From contig CAVNZM010000017.1 in the NCBI GenBank assembly GCA_963693365.1, positions 6,190,708 to 6,254,707 of the forward strand: a DNA stretch of 64,000 bases. Reading direction: 5' to 3'. The notes beneath the pieces are model-generated. The model was not told the origin of the DNA, made no database searches, and worked only from the letters and a program-made list of their open reading frames with translations. The position numbers were made by a program, and so were the translations under genes. This stretch comes from Amoebidium appalachense (Eukaryota; Protista; Ichthyosporea). Position 1 is the stretch's first letter; each line of letters starts with the position of its first letter. Positions 34,102 to 64,000 of the stretch are shown in pieces.

Positions 34102-34136
<35 letters not shown>

Positions 34137-34453
34137 TGCTAAGGTAACGTGCTTGTGTACGTGTGTGTGTGTGCATGCGTGCGTGCGTACGTGTGCGCAG
34201 AAGGTGTTTGTGTGTCTGCCTTTTTATGTCTCTCGACCTTTGTGTGCGCATCATGAAGCCAAGGTGTGCTTATTACATGTGTACACGTGGGTGTCTTCGT
34301 GTGAGTCTTTGTGTTATCAATTTCTCTCTATTTGGTGTGCGCACCTCTGTAACTGTGTGTGTGCCCCATGGTGTGTGTGTGGTGTGTGTGTGTGTGTCAC
34401 ACTGTATGTGCACATGTGTGTGAGTATGTGCGTATGTGTGTGTGTCACGTACG

Positions 34454-34484
<31 letters not shown>

Positions 34485-34614
34485 TGCACTGTATGGAGAG
34501 TTTCTAATAATAATTACTTGAACCAGCTCTCGCGCCCTCTTGTGTCTGTGCACATGTGCGTTGCGTGTGTTTGCAATTGTGTTCGAACTCGGGAGGCCTG
34601 GCCCCGGGGGTTGA

Positions 34615-34656
<42 letters not shown>

Positions 34657-35007
34657 CTCGGAATGAGAAAAGCAGGTATAATTAGAATAAAATGTGAGAA
34701 TCGGACATCGCTGTGGTTGAACTTGAACTCAGCGCTGCTAGCCGCAGTGCGCCCACAGATATTGAGTTAATGAACTGGAGGTACAAGGTGTCACTCACTT
34801 ATAAAAGAAGTTCAAGTGGTCGCAGGGTTCATTATCTTGTCATCCCAATCCTCCTCCGCCCCTCCCTCCTCCCCCCCGTCCTGTGGGTCCTTTTTCTAAA
34901 CTACAAGAGATTTCTTTTGTCGGTTGGTTGGGGGCTGGAGGGGGGGGGGGGGGGGGGGGGGGGGGGAGAAGAGGAAGGGGGGGTCGGGGGGGGCCGGGGG
35001 CCGGGGA

Positions 35008-35173
35008 GGACACACACACCATGCACAGGCGGCATGACACGGACACACACTCACACATTGTGATAAACACACGTGCACACACACACACTCTACACGCACA
35101 AATTTAACACACACAGTAACAAACGAACAAAAAATCCAAATGCACACACACATATGCACACATTTTTGCACAG

Positions 35174-35243
<70 letters not shown>

Positions 35244-35450
35244 CCCCTCAAAAATCCCGCAGCCCAGAAAAAGAACCCACGTGCACAGGACAGGAAGGGG
35301 GGGGGGGGGGGGGGGGAGTACACACACACTATGCACCGTGCCACGGACACACACACACACCACACATACGTACATTGTGATACACACACGTGCACACACA
35401 AACACACCCAGTGACAAACGAACACAGATATGCACACATTTTCGCACAGA
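35008..35450. repeat. Degenerate local duplication of about 130-160 bp
   Basis: ATGCAC...CACGGACACACAC...ACATTGTGATA.ACACACGTGCACACAC...ACAAACGAACA...ATGCACACATTTT.GCACAG at ~35010-35173 and ~35320-35449. Confidence 0.65.
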
Positions 35451-36265
35451 AAGGCGCATAGAGCCAGAGAGTATTAATAAGGCACGCGCCCGGGCACCGT
35501 GGGCCAATTAATGCAAACCGTTATACTCTTTCTTAGCCGGTTGCACACACACACACACACACACACACCCACACACACCCACACCACCACACCACCACAC
35601 ACACACATACACACACAAGATAAGAAGATGAGAACTAAGCACGGCCGAGGACACCATCATTTTAAAATTTATCATTATTAAGTTTATATATACACAGCTG
35701 GTTTATAAGTTCAGGGCCTGGCCACAGTTTGTCGTGAAAACCCATCAATGCAAACACATTTTCATGTCTAATCACTGCCCAACAAAAAACAACACCAGCA
35801 CGACGTAATTTGCACACTGTGATCTGGGGGGTACAAAGGGGGACATGAAAAATTTCGGTATATCCACACAACTATCTATACCTTAACCCACTGCATACAA
35901 GTGCCCACCATGACCCAAGTGCATGGCTAACTGTTTCCTTCTAACCAAAGACTACACAACTTCTCCCTGTGGGACCGAGCCATATCATACACATCCCCCC
36001 CCCCCCCCCCCCCCCTCTCCCCCCCCCCCCCCCCCCCCTCCCCCCCCCCCCCCCCCCCCCTGCTTTCGTACACGCACTCACTAGCAACATCCCCCCCCAC
36101 CCCCTCCCTCCCCATGTTTGGCTCCTCCTAGGCCACCACAAGGGCGTAGGGCCATAGAGATCATGCAAAGACTTGAGATGTAAACTATGAAGACGATTCG
36201 GCCTGCGCAACATACTTGGTGTACGTTTCACGTTGCTGTGTGTGTGTGTGTGTGCGTGTGTGTGT

Positions 36266-36298
<33 letters not shown>

Positions 36299-36512
36299 TG
36301 CGCGCGCCCGCGGATGCATGCGTACGTGCAGACGTGTGTTGGCGTGTTTGTGCATGTGTCAATGAAGAGAGGGAAGGTGGACAGTTAGTCCCTCACCCCG
36401 CTTCTCCCTTGATCCACCACACAGTAGCATGGCACACACATCCACCTACCAAACCACGTTCTCTCCCACCGCACCTAGCCAACCATCCGACCTAGAAACA
36501 CAATTAATTACC

Positions 36513-36604
<92 letters not shown>

Positions 36605-36774
36605 GGGGGGGGGGGGGAGGGGGAGAGAGAGGGGGGGGGGGGGGAGGGAAGGGGAGAGAGAGAGAGTCAGAGAGAGAGAGGGGGGGAGAGAGAGAGAGGG
36701 AGGGAGGGAGAGGGGAGAGGGAGAGAGAGGAAAACGGAGAAAGCAAGCATTCGGACAAGCACGGTAGCACCTAC

Positions 36775-48505
<11,731 letters not shown>

Positions 48506-49938
48506 ATTGCTCCTGGATAGGTGGTGGTGTGTGGGTATGTGTTGGTGTATGTGTGAGAAGGAAATAATGGGATGAAATGAAGGAAATAATGGGATGAAAT
48601 GGAGATGTTGAATGAAAGAGAAGAAAGAGGGAATACGGGGTGCGGAAAGTAAGGAAGGGAGGAGGGGGGGGGGGGGGGGGGACAGGCAGGGGGGCGGAGG
48701 GGGGGTCAGTTAGAAAAAGGGCAGGTGGAAGAGGGGAGATGGAGGGGGGAAGAGGAGAAGGGGGGGGAGGGGGGGGGGGGGGGGGCGGTGGGGATGGGGA
48801 GTGTGGGAGAGGAAAGGGCGGAGGCTGAGGAAAACAGCAATCAGTACACAGGAGAGAATGTTGGAGGTTAAAAGGTCACGTAATCAATTGACCCCTTCCA
48901 TAACCACTCCCTCCCAGCGCCCGCCCCCTCCCCCCCCCTCCCCCCCCCCCCCAAAAAAAAAAACAAAAAACAAAAAAAAAAACACCCACCCCCTACTCTT
49001 TTGGAGAAGGACACAACCTTCCTGTCAGATCCTATGTGCTCTCTGCTTGTCTGCACGATAAACCAACCTCATGTGTAGTTCTACACTCTCAGAATTTGGT
49101 CTTCAACCGTTATTCCTGCAACATAAATGGACTTCCTCCCCTTAAGTTCCAACACGAACTACCCTGGGGGGGCCCAACTGAAGTCATCTGCTAGAATTTC
49201 CCCACTCGCATAACTTGTAGATCCAAAACATGCTTCCAGCCAGGCTTCCTTCATAGAACGAACCAAACCCAAAACTTAATCGTTTATATACACTTGAGCT
49301 ACTTTCTGGTGCACAAGCTCTTGTGAGAAGCGTTGAGAATGTGAACCCAAGATCTAGATCCGGAAGTTGGAGAACATGGAAGTTGTCCACACAAGTGACA
49401 AGCCTGCCTGTTTACGCGGTTTTCATCAAAAAACACTAGCGCATGTCCCTCCAAACACCCAGGTCAAGGTTGCTTTAGCAAAAAGAAGACTCCTCTCTTT
49501 CTCTACTCGATTGCACAAACCGGATAAACAACAGTTGTGGAGTGGGAAGCCAACACGAACGGTTCGAAGGATCGGACGCTAACCTTAGTGTGTCACCTCG
49601 CCAAGGAAAGGCCACAAAGCCCTTTCGAAAATAAAAGAAAACCCCCTTTTTTTAGACCAGTGGGTAACTAAATAAAACGTAACAAAAAGGAAATTTTCTT
49701 CCTTTGAAAATGATCGATTCGGTTCGACACAAAACGAGAAGTGCTGACGTGTTGTCATGAGCGGCTCTTCAACTTTGCAACTCAGAAAAAATCGTTATCG
49801 CCGGCGTATCCGATTGGGCCGGCCGGCGAAGCTTGGGCAGATGCTTTTCGAAAAGCATTTATGACTTTATTACGCCACCTCTAGTGGAAAGAACCAACAA
49901 AAGGTTAATACATTTATTTATTAACCGTTTGATGAATT

Positions 49939-50094
49939 TGGCGGAGGAGGCACCTGGTTCGAATCCCGGGATGTAGCGCATTGGGGATCGGATGCCCTGA
50001 TGGGACTCGCCTGGGTGCAGGACTGTTGCAATTGTAACTCCAACCGGGGTAGGCAAGGATCGGAGGCCTTGGCTATTCCGGAAAGTTTTTTTTT
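49939..50094 (+). mobile_element. Repeat family 2 (Pol III/SINE-like), copy with B-box
   Basis: TGGCGGAGGAGG (A-box-like), GGTTCGAATCCC at 49956-49967 (canonical B-box), a structured body shared with 2198-2326, and a T9 run at 50086-50094. Confidence 0.6.
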
Positions 50095-51047
50095 ATTTGA
50101 GTCGTTATCTCCTCCGTATCCGAGAGTGAGGGCTTTTGTATTTTCTTCTCCGAGATATCGGTGATATCTCCATGGCTTCTATTTTATAAAAAAAAATTGG
50201 AACGATTGCTTGGGATCGCACTGCAATCGGGATCACGTTCCATCAACAAGGTCACGTACAAACATAAAATCTTGAAGCGCCGGCCACGGTGCCGGGTTCC
50301 GTTTTCTTTTCGGTTTGTTCAAAAGCTTTCGCTTGACACTTTCGTGATCACGCAAGCATCCTTTTCGAAGCTCTCGTCACAAGTTCATGTTCTACATCTG
50401 ACAGAGTATAGTCGAAAAGTATATATGAGCACTCTTTTGCACAAGTTCTATATATACCGAGTGCAGCATTACTTTAGACATCAGCTCGCAGACAGACACA
50501 TTTCCCTTGAACCTCTTGAGCTAAGCTTGTGCATGCACGCACACACACATGAACCTGGTCTCTAGAAGAGTCGGTTGACTCTTAATTCTGAAAAAAATAT
50601 ATAGTGCAAAGAACACTCTAAAACCGTGCTATCTTTGGGATAGGTGAAACAGCCCACACATGGCTACATTTTTGTTGGTGCATGCGAGGAACAGTTACAG
50701 GGCACCACATCATTCCTACTTGGCCAAGTGAGTGAGTCTCCTTGCATTCAATTCCTGACATCAACTTTTTTACTCTTCCCAATTCAATCTTTTCAGGAAT
50801 ATACATTGTCATTCTCAATTTATCCTCCAAGACAACACGTGCAACGTCAGAGTGCTAGCCGTTTCCTTCTTAAAGCTTGTGTGTACATGACCGTGTGCGT
50901 GCGTGCGTGTGCGAATTTGTGCGTGTATGATCGCCTGGATGCGTAGAGTCGGTACAGGCGCCACGGCATATTCGCGTAGACAAACGTACTCGAAATCTCG
51001 CTGTTGGTGTGTGTTTGAGTGGCTTGGTGCGGCCGGTTGTATGTTCC

Positions 51048-51081
<34 letters not shown>

Positions 51082-51642
51082 ACCCACCCAACCCCCACCC
51101 CCTCCCCTCGTCCTCTCGTCCCCTAGACTTTCTCCTTCTTTTTTCTTTCCTGTCTTGAACAAGGCCGGTAGGGGCACGGTAGATGGATGTGGATGGGAAA
51201 TTCTGGGGTTATTAAGTTGTTCCACAAAAACCACAAACAAAAGAGTTTATTGTATTTGTGAGCGCTATAATGTTTATTTTGAAGAGGCTCTGACAAGGTG
51301 CACGTCTCAGAGTGTTTAACCCAGTGCTGGTGGAGGCCGGAGATATGTTCACACGGCGGTGTAGCTTGCCTTCCCCCTAGGCAGGTATGGTTGGAAGTTG
51401 TTTTTCAAGCGCTTTTTATTGTGATGTTTAAAGCTGGTGGTTTTTTGGTACTTGTTAGAGATAAGCGCAAATGCAGTTGTGCTTGACTACTTTAGTGGTC
51501 GCGGAGAGAGAGAGGGGGGGGAGGAGGGGGGGGGGGGGGGGGGGGGGGAGCGAGAGAGAGAGCGAGAGGATGGGGTGGGAAGAGAGGGAGGGAGAGGGAG
51601 AGAATAGAGCAAGAGAGAGAGGGGTGGATAGGGGGGGAGGGG

Positions 51643-51695
<53 letters not shown>

Positions 51696-51780
51696 CGAGA
51701 GAGCGAGATAGAGAGAGACACAGAGGGAGAGGGGGAGAGAGAGAGAGAGAGAGAGAGTTTGTGTGTGTGTGGGGGGGGGG

Positions 51781-51821
<41 letters not shown>

Positions 51822-52335
51822 GGTTAGGGGGGAGAGAGAGAGGGGAAGGGGAGAAAAAATAAGGGTAGAGGTATAGAGAGGTGTTAGCGGGGTCTGTATT
51901 GGGGAGTAAAGGCTTGATGTTTTTCTTGGGGGGGTGGCTGGGTGGGGGAGGGAAAGGGGAAGGAAGGGGGGGGTGGGGGATGGGGGAGGGGAAGGAATGG
52001 TGGTTTGTGGGAAGCAAGGAATGGATATGTTTGCATGGGCAAAAGGCTGTGGTGTGTGTGCGTGCACGCGAGCATGTGTGTGTGTGTGTGTGCGTGTGTG
52101 TGCTTGTGGGCTTGTGTGTTTAGAGGAACGAGGTAGTCGAGGAAGGAGAGAATGGGTCCCCCCCTCCCCCCCCCCCCCCCCCCCCCCCCCCCCCACACAC
52201 ACACACAAGAAAAAAAAAAAAGAAAAAAAAACATGCCCGTACTACACGCATTGACATACACACCCACACACACACTCACACACACCCATACACATACCCA
52301 CCCTCACACACCCACATAGACAAACACCAACACAC

Positions 52336-52436
<101 letters not shown>

Positions 52437-52487
52437 ACGCACACGCACACGCACACGCACACGCACACGCACACGCACACGCACACG

Positions 52488-52520
<33 letters not shown>

Positions 52521-52923
52521 ACGCACACGCACACGCACACGCACATGCACACGCTCACGCTCACACAGCACTCTCACACTCACACTCACACTCTCACTCA
52601 CATGCACACTCACACTCACAGCCATCTCAATCCCTCCCTCCCCTCTCCCCCCTCCCCCCGTCCCCCCCCCCACACCACCAACACACTCACCTACCTCCTC
52701 CCCCCCTCCCCCCCACGCACACACACACACACACCTACGTACCTCCCCCCCCCCCCCCCCCCCCAAATCTCATACACACCTACGTTTCCCCCCCACCCCC
52801 CCCCCCTTTCATCCCCCCTTCCCTCCAACCCACACCCACACACACGCCCACACCTACACACACCTATGCGCCTCTTTGCAGGTGCCCCCCCGCCTGGGGG
52901 CACATCCGTGATCTTAAGTGAGG

Positions 52924-62936
<10,013 letters not shown>

Positions 62937-63097
62937 TCTTAAATGCGACAGCTACTGAGCCATAAAGGGGGTTTCTAGGCCAGGGTTATAGGCCGCTTTG
63001 CGTTGGGCCAAAATGCTGTTTGGTGCGCATCTCGCCAATAATAAAGCGTGAATCGCTTTTGGTTCTGAACCTACCCGAATCCTAAAAGAAACCCTAT

Positions 63098-63237
63098 TTA
63101 GCTGCACCAATAGCACCTGCTTACTCATTAAGTGCACCAATAGCGCCTAATTACTCATTAACTGCACCAATAGCAACCAACTACCCATTAATTGCACCAA
63201 TAGCGCCTAAGTGCTCATTAATTGCACCAATAGCAGC
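63098..63237. repeat. 30-bp minisatellite, about 4.7 units, each containing CCAAT
   Basis: Unit TTAANTGCACCAATAGCRCCTAAYTACTCA; TGCACCAATAGC is invariant in all five cores. Confidence 0.9.
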
Positions 63238-63520
63238 TACAGGACATAGAGATCGAGGGACCCGCCGAGGGCATGCTTACTGCTGTGCTTCATGTGGTTG
63301 AGGACTCATCGGGCCTGTGGGAGACTTACCCTTCGGTCATGCGAACAGCTGTATGTGCCCCCCAACTACTGACACACACACAGAGAAAGAGAAAGACAGA
63401 CACAGCTGGTGAGAGGGACAGAGAGACACACACACACACACACACACACGGACGGAGAGAGAGAGAGAGAGGGAGGGAGGGAGGGAGGGAGGGAGGGAGG
63501 GAGGGAGGGAGGGAGGGAGG

Positions 63521-63582
<62 letters not shown>

Positions 63583-64000
63583 CACACATGCGAACAAACA
63601 CACACTAACATACATGCATACACATACACACACACCATCCTTAACCGCCGCCACCCCCACCAAAGCAACCAACAAACCAATTAGGGGGAAAAAAAGAGGG
63701 GAGGGGGGGGGGGGGGGGGGGGAGGGGAGGGGAAGGGGGGCATGTATGTGTTTGTGTCTGCGCGGTGGGTAGAGGAGGGGGGGGGGGGGGGGGAGAAGGG
63801 GGTGCGGGTTGGTCAGGAGAGAGGGGGGAAGGGGGGGAGAGGATTGGTGTGTGGCTCTGGCTGTGGCATGTGTCACGGTATGTGTGTGTGTGTGTGCGCG
63901 CGCAAGCGCTCTTGGGAGACACGCCCGGGGGAGAGGGGGAGAGGGGAACGCGGGGGGGGGGGGGGGGGGGGAGGGGGGGGGAGGGGAAGGGGGGGCGCTG

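Noticed and set aside
49939-50020. tRNA gene at the B-box
   Set aside because: No anticodon arm or acceptor stem; the A-like and B boxes are only 5 nt apart.
63098-63237. CRISPR-like array
   Set aside because: The linkers are homologous to each other, the period is only 30 bp, there are no cas genes and the context is eukaryotic.

Overview
Eukaryotic genomic DNA with short GT-AG exons separated by introns full of (CA)n/(GT)n, (CT)n, (GCAC)n and poly-C/poly-G tracts. Nearly all ORFs in the supplied track are microsatellite read-throughs. Manual splicing gives five multi-exon genes: a vasculin/GPBP1-like gene (-, 11160-2698), the splicing factor YJU2/CCDC94 (+, 16871-25224), a calcium-binding-EGF x3 / TSP1-like / LRR gene (+, 5' end unresolved, 28583-33488), a PX-BAR sorting nexin (-, 48505 to about 36775, last exon unresolved) and a single-pass membrane-anchored TKL kinase (+, 52924-62936). 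There is also one intronless 297-aa orphan ORF (-, 15824-14931). The most notable non-coding signal is a dispersed element of about 300 nt, seen as about 10 copies or fragments. Its 5' head keeps a three-way-junction fold through compensatory and G-U changes between diverged copies. Most copies are 5'-truncated and end in GCATTCAAA plus poly(C), and every copy with an identifiable host gene is intronic and in the host's sense orientation. Also present are a second Pol III/SINE-like structured repeat, a foldback MITE-like element, decayed echoes of splice junctions, and introns with (GT)n at the donor and (CA)n at the acceptor. The organism cannot be named from this window; the gene content fits a unicellular opisthokont/holozoan, which is inference only. 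All alignments and folds were done by eye.
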